NCBI GenBank assembly: GCA_963837175.1
Contig: CAWIMJ010000047.1
Location: 64,001 to 128,000, forward strand
From: an uncultured Nitrososphaeraceae archaeon
GTDB lineage: Archaea; Thermoproteota; Nitrososphaeria; Nitrososphaerales; Nitrososphaeraceae
Direction: 5' to 3'
DNA length: 64,000 nucleotides
A program made the position numbers and the translations under genes. Position 1 is the first letter of the stretch. Each line of letters opens with the position of its first letter. The notes under the pieces were generated by a model. It saw only the letters and a list, made by a program, of their open reading frames with translations. It was not told the origin of the DNA and ran no database searches. This document shows, piece by piece, positions 1-10,067 of the stretch.

Positions 1-602
1 ATATGTATATAATGTTGATTTATTTTATTATAAACTGATCCTACTTCCCTGATGATATAATTGTAATCCTCAAAAGTGCTCAGGTTTCCATCTACTGATT
101 TTAGATAAAAAGAACCTTCAGATTGCTGTAGACTCTCGCTAGAACATTTAAATGAATATGATAGTGAGTACAACCGATCACCTAGCCTGATAAGCAGTAT
201 TCAAAGTAGCAACACATGCTTGATGCCAAATTGCAAATAAATTCTAAGAATAGTTTAATATTTAAAATTCGCATATGCTAGCGTATATTGAGGCCTTGTT
301 GTGAATTTCATTTCTAAAACTGTAAGGTATATTTCTGTTGCATAAATTTTGTCATTATTATATAATCCAACAAAGCTTTGCATGGTGGAACTAAAGATCT
401 GATAAAAGATTTAAACTTACTCAGAAATGATAATTTTTTAGCACCAAATCTCTGAGAACGGCAAAGACTTCATTAAAAGCTATTATTTGCTGACTTGTTA
501 AATAAATATTCTTGGCATCTATTGCTAAAGTATTAACTACTGCTCTATTCAAAGCTTCCTTCTGAGCATGATACTATGTTCTTAGTTATTATTTAACAAT
601 AG

Positions 603-911
603 TTAATATCTATTCTGAAACTTAAAAATCATCAAGAAAGGTATTCCTGATATCGTCTTTATGCTTATTTTTTTTGCTAATCTCATCTCTATGGCTTTGT
701 TTACAATTCTTTGTCCCACTAAATTTGCAACAGAGCATCTCTGAAGGAGGCTCTCCGCCTTACTTTCTTCAATTATTTCTTGTTGGAAATATTCCTTAGT
801 TAAATCGATTACAATTTCATCCTGTTCTAATTTGGTTCCTACTAGCTCAATATCGCAAATATTAACCATTGTTGAGCCTTGATAGCTCATCGTTCTAAGT
901 GCGTAATTCAT
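603..911 (-). CDS. DUF424 family protein
   Basis: NICD.EL.G and ANLVG..IV..A motifs; start moved to ATG at 911 (MNYALR). Confidence 0.8.
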   Translation of the reverse strand: MNYALRTMSYQGSTMVNICDIELVGTKLEQDEIVIDLTKEYFQQEIIEESKAESLLQRCSVANLVGQRIVNKAIEMRLAKKISIKTISGIPFLMIFKFQNRY

Positions 912-1024
912 TCTCAAGTGTCCTGTCGGAAAAATTATATAAAATAACATTTTTAGCCATATATATGTGTAAATAATTCGTTTACCTTCAATTATTCTCT
1001 ACGTTATAATAGAAAATCCTCTTA

Positions 1025-1885
1025 CTATGACCCATAAGTTTCTATTTTAATGTCAAACGAATTGTCTTTTCTTTTGTTTATATTCGTGACAAATCCCGCG
1101 GGAGTCAACAATTTACTTACTGCATCAATCGTTCCCTGGTATCCACATATATGAAAGAAAGAATTTTCAGGAGTGATTCTCTCTCCTACAATTCGCTCTA
1201 GCTCCGAAGTATTATCATTATTCCTTATAAGTAATGATTCTACTCTCCCAGTATTTCCATTCCATCCTGCCGAAAGAGGATGATCAGGTCTGCTTACAGT
1301 GGGTAAGTATCTAAAGTTCCAGTTATTCTGAGTCTGTGCCTGTAAATTTTCCAGAATATCTCGATAACCCAAATCTGCAGCATATTTTGCTCCATGCATC
1401 AAGATTATCTCTCTACGAGTACCTATGTTTTTTAAATGAAGAATATAACTTATGAACGGGGCTAAACCAGTTCCAGAAGCAACTAGTATAAGTCGTCTCA
1501 TATCCAATGATCCATCCATTTTTTTTTCTTCTATGGTAAAAAATCCAGCAGGATAACGCCAATAAACCCTGTCCCGTTCTTTTAAGTTGAATATAGCACT
1601 CGTTAGCTTACCCGGAAGAGGCTCAGTTACCATTTTGATGTATAATTCAAAATGTCTTTTTTCTTCTGGAGGGGATGCAATGGAGTATGCCCTGTAAGTT
1701 ATTCTATTGTCATAAGGCAGATCTACACCGAGGGACACGAATTGACCTGCCCGAAAATCAGGTACCGTTCCTCCTTCAGGTATAAATCGTAGTATTTCCA
1801 ATTCATTAGTTAAATATTTTTTATAAATAATTATGCCTAAATTAGGAGCTGATGTTATGCGTCTACTGCTTAGAGTTGAATTCAT
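1025..1885 (-). CDS. Ferredoxin--NADP(+) reductase family flavoprotein
   Basis: RAYSIAS (FAD), SGTGLAPF and ICGY motifs. Confidence 0.88.
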   Translation of the reverse strand: MNSTLSSRRITSAPNLGIIIYKKYLTNELEILRFIPEGGTVPDFRAGQFVSLGVDLPYDNRITYRAYSIASPPEEKRHFELYIKMVTEPLPGKLTSAIFNLKERDRVYWRYPAGFFTIEEKKMDGSLDMRRLILVASGTGLAPFISYILHLKNIGTRREIILMHGAKYAADLGYRDILENLQAQTQNNWNFRYLPTVSRPDHPLSAGWNGNTGRVESLLIRNNDNTSELERIVGERITPENSFFHICGYQGTIDAVSKLLTPAGFVTNINKRKDNSFDIKIETYGS

Positions 1886-2400
1886 AGATGGCTTATTTAG
1901 TTATCTAGTGTATAAAGCATTATAATAGCCAACAAATATAGAACATGTTTTATTAAGACAGAAGGCTATTGTACTTTTTAAAATAATAACACAGAGAAAT
2001 GCAATCTCTAAGCGACACCCATCAGAACACAGTTCAAATTGACGGAGTTACTTTTTAATGGGAATAGGGCACTCTTGTCCAGACAAATAGTATCTATACA
2101 ATTACAACTCTATATAGCATATACATTAAGTATAAGGTAATAATAAAATATCAAAGTAAACAATCATCAAGGGATAAATCCAAAGGCTTTTTTTGAATAA
2201 CCACAAAACTACCTAATCCCCTTCAAGAAATCAGATATACTGAACTGCACAGGAAGATGGTAAAATTGTTTTAGAAAAATTAAATTAATAAGTCTTGAAT
2301 AAGATTATCTTTAAAGTAGGAAATCATCAATAACCAATTCCATTTTATCTCGTCAAATTAATTAACAAGTATATTATACTATAATCATACGTAGCAATAG

Positions 2401-3585
2401 ATGCCCATAAGAACTGATCATACAGAACAATATCAAAAGGAGATACACTCAGTTGGCAGTAGAAGTTCATACCAAACCTCTACAAGACACAATAAAATCC
2501 TTGTTTTATGTATAGATAGGGATGACGATATAGGGTGCAAGGCAGGTATGGAAACTCCAGTTATAGGAAAAGACTCATGTATAAAAGCTGGCATCAAGCT
2601 TGCAATTGAAGACCCTGAAGATTCTGATTCAAATGCTATATTCGCGGCAATTAAATCTTATGAAGAACTCTTAAGCAAAGGGTATAATTCAGAAGTTGCT
2701 TTAGCAGCGGGGAAATTTAATCGTGGAATTGAAGCTGATGAAAAGCTAGGCTTTGAGGTCCAGGACATTCTTAGTATGTACAAGGCAGATTCTGCAGTAA
2801 TTGTTTCTGACGGCGAAGATGATGAGGTTGTCATTCCAATTGTTCAGGCAATTGTGCCTATCGTATCCGTCCAGAGGGTCATTATAAAACAGAGTAGAAG
2901 CGTTGAATACTCTTATGCCATTCTGGGCAGATATATTAAAATGCTCGTCTTTGATCCTCGATACTCAAAATTTTTCTTGGGAGTTCCCGGAGCTCTGTTA
3001 GTTGCAAGCGGGCTTGCTACTCTATTAGGATTAACAAAAGAGGCAATAGCCATTCTTCTGAGCATACTTGGTAGTGCATTCATAATCCGCGCATTCGATA
3101 TAGACAAGGCTTTGGGATCACTTGGTAGACCGACTCCAAGTACTTTTATTCGAATATTCTCGATCTTTGCTGGTATTCTAATCATATTAGTCTCTGTAGC
3201 TAATGGCTTCTCCAGTATTCCAACAGAAGTACTTAAATCCGGTATGAGTACTTCAGAAATAATTTCTAATAGAATAATAGTGGGAAGTTTTGCCCATGGT
3301 ATAATTACACTGCTATGGATAGGGATTGCTACTATATTATCTGGAACTTTGCTGAGCAATTGGTTCAAAGGGAGTATAAGAATTATCTCTGATATTCTTA
3401 GATTAGTAGTCCTTACTTTGCTATATATTCCAATTTTGCAGTTTACATCTGTCTTAACTGAAGGTACAAACCCATTCACATTAATCTCCTCACTACTTGC
3501 TGGATTAGCTATTACATTGGTGGCCGCGACATTCTTGTTTCGATATTTTAAAAATAGAAAGGGAGGTGAGACTATGAAACATTGA
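2401..3585 (+). CDS. DUF373 family membrane protein
   Basis: LVLCIDRDDD, DPEDSDSN, VSDGEDD motifs and hydrophobic C-terminal half. Confidence 0.85.
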   Translation: MPIRTDHTEQYQKEIHSVGSRSSYQTSTRHNKILVLCIDRDDDIGCKAGMETPVIGKDSCIKAGIKLAIEDPEDSDSNAIFAAIKSYEELLSKGYNSEVALAAGKFNRGIEADEKLGFEVQDILSMYKADSAVIVSDGEDDEVVIPIVQAIVPIVSVQRVIIKQSRSVEYSYAILGRYIKMLVFDPRYSKFFLGVPGALLVASGLATLLGLTKEAIAILLSILGSAFIIRAFDIDKALGSLGRPTPSTFIRIFSIFAGILIILVSVANGFSSIPTEVLKSGMSTSEIISNRIIVGSFAHGIITLLWIGIATILSGTLLSNWFKGSIRIISDILRLVVLTLLYIPILQFTSVLTEGTNPFTLISSLLAGLAITLVAATFLFRYFKNRKGGETMKH

Positions 3586-3658
3586 AACCGACAAGAAAGT
3601 ATTAATAAAGTTAATATAAACAATAAAATCGTCGTTAAACAGTTAAAGATGTACGTCG

Positions 3659-4471
3659 ATGGAGATACAGAATATACATAGTAGAGCTCTTGCGGAAACA
3701 ATCTTCAAACGGAGTATATTTTATAGCATCTATGAAAGACGACTTGAATCAGAAATTATAAGAAATTCTCTTCCAAATCACATTGCAATTATCCTAGACG
3801 GAAATAGAAGATGGGCAAGATACAATTTTGTTGGTTTAAAAAATGGTCATTTGATGGGTGCAGACAAGGCAGAAGAGCTTTTGAATTGGATCCATGATCT
3901 TGGAATTAGGATTACCACTCTCTATGTTTTATCAAATGAAAACTTAGAGAGAACAGGAGAAGAAGTTAACACAATATATAAATTGTTACAAATCAAATTA
4001 GAAAAACTATATACCGATTGTAGAATTCATAGACGACAAATGAAGATAAAGGCAATAGGAAATATTAAAATATTGCCCAAGCAACTTCAGGAAATTTTAA
4101 GCAAGTTAGAACGGGAGACTGCCAACTACAATAAGATGTTTTTGAATATAGCTATTGCATACGGAGGACAGAAAGAACTTGTTGATGCAATAAAAAAAAT
4201 TGCTATGATGGCAAAATCTGGCAAAATAGATGTCGATGATATAGATGAAACTATAATTGAATCCTGTTTGTATACATCACATTTGCCTCAGCCAGAACCC
4301 GATTTAATACTAAGAACTTCTGGTGAAAAGCGTCTTAGTGGGTTTCTAATATGGCAAAGTGCATATAGTGAATTAGTGTTCATGGATGTATTTTGGCCTG
4401 AATTTCGTAAAATTGATCTTATGCGAGCTATCAGGACTTATCAACGTCGAATAAGGCGATTTGGCAAATGA
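3659..4471 (+). CDS. uppS: cis-prenyltransferase (polyprenyl diphosphate synthase)
   Basis: HIAIILDGNRRWA, RTSGEKRLSGFL.WQ, RRFG motifs. Confidence 0.95.
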   Translation: MEIQNIHSRALAETIFKRSIFYSIYERRLESEIIRNSLPNHIAIILDGNRRWARYNFVGLKNGHLMGADKAEELLNWIHDLGIRITTLYVLSNENLERTGEEVNTIYKLLQIKLEKLYTDCRIHRRQMKIKAIGNIKILPKQLQEILSKLERETANYNKMFLNIAIAYGGQKELVDAIKKIAMMAKSGKIDVDDIDETIIESCLYTSHLPQPEPDLILRTSGEKRLSGFLIWQSAYSELVFMDVFWPEFRKIDLMRAIRTYQRRIRRFGK

Positions 4472-4541
4472 TTTATTGTTATTGTTATTGTAATTCGGGA
4501 TCCTTTTTATTTACATAACGAAGGATAAGGAAGTATAGAAT

Positions 4542-4736
4542 ATGGCTGAGCATGGGGATTATAATGAGAATTTACGCAAATGGTATTGCAGTTATTGGTT
4601 AACAGCAAAAGAATGGGAAGATATTCACGATTACGTACCTTCCTCTTTTTTGGACGCGACTACTGACAAAAATGATTATGATGATCATCCTCAGGATGGT
4701 CTCCGAGAATCACACAAGGAGAACAGGAATAATTAA
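4542..4736 (+). CDS. Small acidic hypothetical protein
   Basis: 64-aa ATG ORF with AT-rich TATA-like stretch about 25-30 nt upstream. Confidence 0.55.
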   Translation: MAEHGDYNENLRKWYCSYWLTAKEWEDIHDYVPSSFLDATTDKNDYDDHPQDGLRESHKENRNN

Positions 4737-4774
4737 TAGAAGTTGATACTAACAATTCTAACAAGTCAAAAGGG

Positions 4775-5233
4775 TTGGTACATAAACTATTGAACGTCAA
4801 AAGACTTTCAAGAGAACGCTCAGCGGGGGCAGTATTATTTTCTTTGGATAATACAGTTGGCAAAATAGAGTATTTATTATTAAATTATACAGCCGGTCAT
4901 TGGGATTTTCCAAAGGGTAATATAGAAACAGGAGAGAATGAAATACATACAGCGCGTCGAGAAATACAAGAAGAGACCGGAATTGACGATGTTGAATTCT
5001 TCAAAGATTTTAAGAACAAAATACAATACTATTACAGACGTGATGAAAGATTAATTCAAAAAGAAGTTATTTATTTTATAGCAAGAACAAACACAAAGGA
5101 GGTCAAATTATCACATGAACATAATGGTTATTCCTGGGGAGCATACGAGAAGACTTTATCTTTACTAACTTATAAAAACGCAAAAAAAATTCTTATTGAG
5201 GCAAACTTATTTTTAGAAAAAAATTCTCTATGA
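4775..5233 (+). CDS. NUDIX hydrolase (Ap4A hydrolase-like)
   Basis: HWDFPKG..E.GE....A.RE..EETG Nudix box; LSHEH. Confidence 0.9.
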   Translation: MVHKLLNVKRLSRERSAGAVLFSLDNTVGKIEYLLLNYTAGHWDFPKGNIETGENEIHTARREIQEETGIDDVEFFKDFKNKIQYYYRRDERLIQKEVIYFIARTNTKEVKLSHEHNGYSWGAYEKTLSLLTYKNAKKILIEANLFLEKNSL

Positions 5234-5236
5234 TGT

Positions 5237-6004
5237 CTACGTGATAATAGAAAGTTCCTGTTTTATGTTTATAAGAACTTGTAAAGGATCTTTGGATTCA
5301 ATTATAGATCGACCTATAATAAAAAAATTGGTACCATTTTTAGGAGCATTTGCTAAATCGCCTCCTTGTTTACCTAATCCCGGTGAATAGATTGGTAATC
5401 TCTTGTAACTAGATAGTTCCTTTAGAATTTTATCCCGTGTGGCGCCAACTATAATTCCGTCTACATGAGACTTGGAGGCATAATCAAAAAATATCTTGTA
5501 CATCTGAGTGATTTTGTGACTAGCAGAAACATGTTTTTTAGCAATCACATTAATACCAAATCCTTCTTCTGCTCCTGGATGACTCATATAGACTAAAGCA
5601 ATAATTCCAAATTTAATTTTGTGAGCCAGTTTTGAAGCAAGTCTCAACTCATTATTTCCCATAAATGGATTTACTATCACAGCATCAAATTTCATCATAG
5701 ATAGATATTCTATGGCGATCTCATTTGTGCTTTCGATATCATTTAACTTTAAATCTGCAATCGATACTAGACCATAGTGATGGGCTAGTGTATTTATCTC
5801 GCTTATTTCAGACAAAGAAAGAGGTAAAATAAGATGAAAATTCATTTTAACTGCGCAGATATGATGCTGCAAAAGACTAATTATAGATTTAATAAAATTT
5901 TTTAGATCTTTTCTTGGAGCAACATCAAGAGCTAAAATGATATGGCTTTTTTTCCTTTTCGAACTATTATTGATTCTCTGACGATATGAATTAGATTTAT
6001 TCGT
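5237..6004 (-). CDS. pyrF: Orotidine 5'-phosphate decarboxylase
   Basis: DLKLNDI, VGAT, SPGLG.QGG, IIGRSI; frame extends upstream of the track ORF through IILALD to an ACG at 6004 (start uncertain). Confidence 0.9.
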   Translation of the reverse strand, partial: TNKSNSYRQRINNSSKRKKSHIILALDVAPRKDLKNFIKSIISLLQHHICAVKMNFHLILPLSLSEISEINTLAHHYGLVSIADLKLNDIESTNEIAIEYLSMMKFDAVIVNPFMGNNELRLASKLAHKIKFGIIALVYMSHPGAEEGFGINVIAKKHVSASHKITQMYKIFFDYASKSHVDGIIVGATRDKILKELSSYKRLPIYSPGLGKQGGDLANAPKNGTNFFIIGRSIIESKDPLQVLINIKQELSIIT

Positions 6005-6710
6005 TAATTCCCACCAGCGGATGAGTATGAGCTAATTTAATCAATTTAAGATAGATATATCCATGCTCATCGCACCTCGCAGAAAAAGTTGGTTGTTCTA
6101 TTTTCTGGCTAGAATATCTTAAAAATGGATCTTTTGGTTCTTCATTGAGAATAACATAGTAAAAGTAAGATTTAGTTTCAGACTCATTTAAACTCATCGT
6201 AGCTCCTATTACGAGCCTTGATTTGCTCTCATTATCACCAGGGTCAGTATTGTTACTGCCTTTGAAAAGAAACAAGGGTAATGGTGGTTCGTCATATATC
6301 GTTTTATAAGCAGCAACTTTTGCAAGACTAGCAAGGTCCTTTAGTCTTATTGCTAAATAGCCTGATTTTTTTTGCACACGTGCTATTTTTGCTAGAGCAG
6401 ACGGAAATTTGTCAATATTTATAATTGGAGAATAAAAAAAAGAAGGACTGACAACGCAGTCTACCACCATAACTTCTTCGATTCCTCCAATAATTCGATA
6501 AGCTAGATATTGTCCTTCTCTATGTTGTGGACTATTTACAAAATAAATTACTGGCCTACCATCTATGAAATCAGTCTGAACCGCAAAAATATACTCATTA
6601 TTCATTATCAAAGAGAAAGCTGGTAATGGAGCGCGTTCTAGCGCACATACTAGTCTGCCGAAATCTTTCATATCGGATAACTCTACATAATAGGGATGTT
6701 TCAGTCGCAA
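5997..6710 (-). CDS. Hypothetical protein overlapping pyrF
   Basis: 237-aa ORF with protein-like composition; TATA-like element upstream. Confidence 0.75.
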   Translation of the reverse strand: MRLKHPYYVELSDMKDFGRLVCALERAPLPAFSLIMNNEYIFAVQTDFIDGRPVIYFVNSPQHREGQYLAYRIIGGIEEVMVVDCVVSPSFFYSPIINIDKFPSALAKIARVQKKSGYLAIRLKDLASLAKVAAYKTIYDEPPLPLFLFKGSNNTDPGDNESKSRLVIGATMSLNESETKSYFYYVILNEEPKDPFLRYSSQKIEQPTFSARCDEHGYIYLKLIKLAHTHPLVGINE

Positions 6711-6965
6711 CTTATATGATTATCCACTAAATGAATACTATTAAAGTCCTCCGCAAGGATCAAGATTAATAATTATGTATTTTGAAAAATTCAAACAATA
6801 TAAACACATAAGATAAACACATAAGAGATTGAATGACTTTTACACAAAAAATAAGATTTGACATTTGTTAGCTAATGCAATAATAAATCTCGACAGTTAC
6901 AATTCATGGGAAATGATATGTCTCTGTTATTATAGCGTACTTATGTCAGTATTGAATATGCCATC

Positions 6966-7265
6966 TTGGTTTTGAAATTGACTTGCAATAATAATGATGA
7001 TAATAATAACGATGATATTCAACCACTATCAAAGCCAAAGAAAAGCAAGCTCAAAGACACAATAAGAATGAATCTAATAATTAAACGCCAAGATAATAAC
7101 AATAATAACAATAATAATAATCATGCAAACAGAACATTGAAATTTGTTCGGAAACATTTGAATTTTCAAAATAAAAAACCGATAGTTAAGGAATTGATAT
7201 TAAACAGAGACATTATAAAAAAATTGGTTGCAAAAAAATTACCAATAGCAAAATATTCACATTAA
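6966..7265 (+). CDS. Possible Asn/Lys-rich hypothetical protein
   Basis: 99-aa ORF with poly-Asn; may be spurious. Confidence 0.35.
   Translation: MVLKLTCNNNDDNNNDDIQPLSKPKKSKLKDTIRMNLIIKRQDNNNNNNNNNHANRTLKFVRKHLNFQNKKPIVKELILNRDIIKKLVAKKLPIAKYSH
6987..7121. repeat. Two imperfect AAT/AAC/GAT trinucleotide tracts
   Basis: aataataatgatgataataataacgatgat and gataataacaataataacaataataataat. Confidence 0.8.
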
Positions 7266-7280
7266 TTTAGACATCCTCTT

Positions 7281-8291
7281 TCAATGCTCTGTACGCCGAT
7301 CTATTATATCGTTCAATTCGGCGCCTGTTCCTATAAATACAACCTTTATTCCAGTCTCGGACTCTATATTTTGAATAAATTTTCTCGCTTCGTCTGACAA
7401 CTTGTTAAATTCTTTTATCCCACCAGTTTCTGGGAAAATAACATCAAGCTTAGTAACCGCTAGCTGTGTCGCACTATTCAATCTTATTGCTTTCTTTGCT
7501 AAATTCATATCAAATGGTGATGCTCTTCTCTCTCTGCCTGTTACGCTTCCATATTCGAGCCAGTTCCTCTTCTTTGCTTCCTCTCGACTAACCTCATTTT
7601 GCAGTGGCCCACCTCCAACTCGTGTGACATAGGATTTGAAAACCACAAGTACTTCATCTATCTTTTTTGGGCCAATACCCACATCTGAACATATTCCTGA
7701 AGCAGTCACGTCCTTTGAGGTTACATAGGGATATTCACCATAATATAGAGATAGAAAAGTACCTTGGGTACCTTCAACAATCACATTTTCCTTATTGTCC
7801 AAGGCATAGTTAACAGAGGCGCTAACATCCTCAAGATATAAAGATAACTCATTAATATCTCGAGCAAGTCTTAGTAGTCGATAGGCACGATCGGCATTTG
7901 CAGGGCCTGTTCCGCTTCCTGTAGTACCTACAACTGATTTAAGATGATCTTGTACACTATCTTTTTCTATGTGTTTTTGATCAATTATTCCGCATTGTGC
8001 ATCAATAAAAGTCCTATCATTTGCATTGAATATTTCTATTTCTTTTAGCAATATCTCAGGATTAATCAAAACGCCCGGACCTATCAACAATCGCGTCGAG
8101 GGGTTCATTGCGGCGCTAGGCAACATTCTAACTTTGTATATTTTACCTTCATGAATGAATGTATGTCCTGCGTTAGGACCGACCCCTCCTCTAACAGCAA
8201 TTGAATAGTTGTCTTTTTTGGCAAGGTATGCTATTATTTTTCCTTTGCCTTCATCGCCATAGAATCCTCCAACTGTAATAGTAGATGGCAT
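7281..8291 (-). CDS. purA: Adenylosuccinate synthetase (short archaeal type)
   Basis: GDEGKGK, GPNAGHT, EGTQG, YPYVTS, VTGRERR. Confidence 0.97.
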   Translation of the reverse strand: MPSTITVGGFYGDEGKGKIIAYLAKKDNYSIAVRGGVGPNAGHTFIHEGKIYKVRMLPSAAMNPSTRLLIGPGVLINPEILLKEIEIFNANDRTFIDAQCGIIDQKHIEKDSVQDHLKSVVGTTGSGTGPANADRAYRLLRLARDINELSLYLEDVSASVNYALDNKENVIVEGTQGTFLSLYYGEYPYVTSKDVTASGICSDVGIGPKKIDEVLVVFKSYVTRVGGGPLQNEVSREEAKKRNWLEYGSVTGRERRASPFDMNLAKKAIRLNSATQLAVTKLDVIFPETGGIKEFNKLSDEARKFIQNIESETGIKVVFIGTGAELNDIIDRRTEH

Positions 8292-8395
8292 ATAAAATCG
8301 GATCTAAGGCGTGGATATTTAATCCTAGTTTTGCTAGGTACAAAGTCTGATCTTTGTTGTCTAAGCTTTTATAACGAATTATAGAGTGTAAATTC

Positions 8396-8857
8396 ATGTC
8401 AGTCGATCAAAAAGCTTCTGCTGATATTCTGCAGATCGTGGCGAACCTTCCAGATTTCTTGAGAAAACCAATCATAGTAAAAAAACTAGACGAATTCTTT
8501 TCGCTAGACGATCCTGGCAAGAACGAAACAATATCTATGATACTAAGAGGAAGCTCTTCAATCGAATCAAAAAAGTTATCTCCATTGATAAAAGCATGGC
8601 TACAGATTTTAACCGAATTAGAGAGTAATAAAATAACCGAACTATTTAGAATCTATTGTGAAGTTTTGATCGTTAATCCTACTTTCTTTGAGAAATTAAA
8701 CATTCAACCTTTAGTTGATGCCTACTTAAAACTTGAAGACAAGAATAAGAAGAAATTATCTGATTGCTTCAAAGAAGTAATTTTCTTATTTCCCAATAGG
8801 ACAGAATTTTTTAAAGGAATTCCAGAATCGATATTTGAACAGCTCAAACTTCTATAG
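8396..8857 (+). CDS. Hypothetical helical protein
   Basis: 153-aa ATG ORF with tttataa TATA about 25 nt upstream. Confidence 0.75.
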   Translation: MSVDQKASADILQIVANLPDFLRKPIIVKKLDEFFSLDDPGKNETISMILRGSSSIESKKLSPLIKAWLQILTELESNKITELFRIYCEVLIVNPTFFEKLNIQPLVDAYLKLEDKNKKKLSDCFKEVIFLFPNRTEFFKGIPESIFEQLKLL

Positions 8858-8863
8858 ATTTGT

Positions 8864-9124
8864 CTAAGGCTCAGGTTTTTTGTCAGGGTTCTTTTGCAAC
8901 TCACCTTCTCCTTTTTCTAGTCCAAAGAAAACCTTTTCATATTTTCTTAGAAGTTTTCTATGTTCTGGTAAAGACATATCTAATCTCATTTCGTTCATAA
9001 CCATTACTGCATGTGTTGTCCACTCTTTCCAACAATCGGCACACGAAGGATATTTTTCAGAGGCCGGATCATCAATAGTCTTTTCATCGAATTCCTTGCC
9101 GCATTTTAGACAGCTTTTTGTCAT
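8864..9124 (-). CDS. YggX-like Fe(II)-trafficking/Fe-S protector protein with added Cys pairs
   Basis: CW.EW.....M..NE.RLD..PEHRK.L....FF pattern; N-terminal CxxC. Confidence 0.75.
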   Translation of the reverse strand: MTKSCLKCGKEFDEKTIDDPASEKYPSCADCWKEWTTHAVMVMNEMRLDMSLPEHRKLLRKYEKVFFGLEKGEGELQKNPDKKPEP

Positions 9125-10067
9125 CTGAGAATTATATGCAAAGCTGTCGTTATTTTATTCTTTATTCTTTGTACAGGAGGATAATAATAAGATTTGTGAT
9201 ATATTTTAGAATTATATTAGTCTCCTCTTTCTTTCATTCCCTCTGTCTCTTTCTTTCTTGGTATCATCAGAGCGAATGACAATGTTGTGTATAATATTTT
9301 AATCAAATGTTTATATGAGTTGGTCAATAGATATAGCAGATATTAAATTAAGAAGATCGATATAGTAATTTGATTTTTAATAATCAATTGTAATACTGAG
9401 CTCGAAGGAGTTCTATCTATGTATAGTGCTTTAAGAGTATTATATGGACTTCATGGTTTGTGCAAGCATACAGTACATTACCTGAATTTAGCAGGCATAG
9501 ACATTGTGTTCGTGTAGTTCATAAGACATTCTATCTTTAGTTTCGTGTGTATAAATTGATGTAAATGAATTGAATTAGTCAACATGACAATAGATTGATA
9601 ATATATTTCAACATTTTAGAAAAGGATACTATATTATAGTAAGAAGGCTAAAGATGAAGTAGAGCTTCTCTTAAATTCACTAATAATATCATCTTTTTAA
9701 TAAGCCTTTTAGATGAGTAATTAAAAAAGATAGCTTAACATTGGTGAGGCTTTAACATAATGACCAATTTGCCAATCTATTTCGATTGTTCAGAAAGAGA
9801 AAATGAGAGATTTGTCAATAGCTTGTAATAATTAAATCAATAAAATCGTGTTTGTCGGAGGTTTGATGTTAAGAATTATTCAAGAGAATATAAGGTGTCA
9901 AAGTAAGAAAATGAATGAACTATCTCTGAAACACTTAGTAATAAAAAATAATAAAAAAGCTAATTACACTGAAATAATTTGGTTGTTATCAAGTTTAAAG
10001 TAACTTTGTTATTTCAAAATAATGACTAGTAAACAAACAAAAAAAGAGGAGTGATTATGGTTCTTGA

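Noticed and set aside
1-205. Minus-strand frame open to the left edge
   Set aside because: Short, no motif, and upstream frames are fragmented
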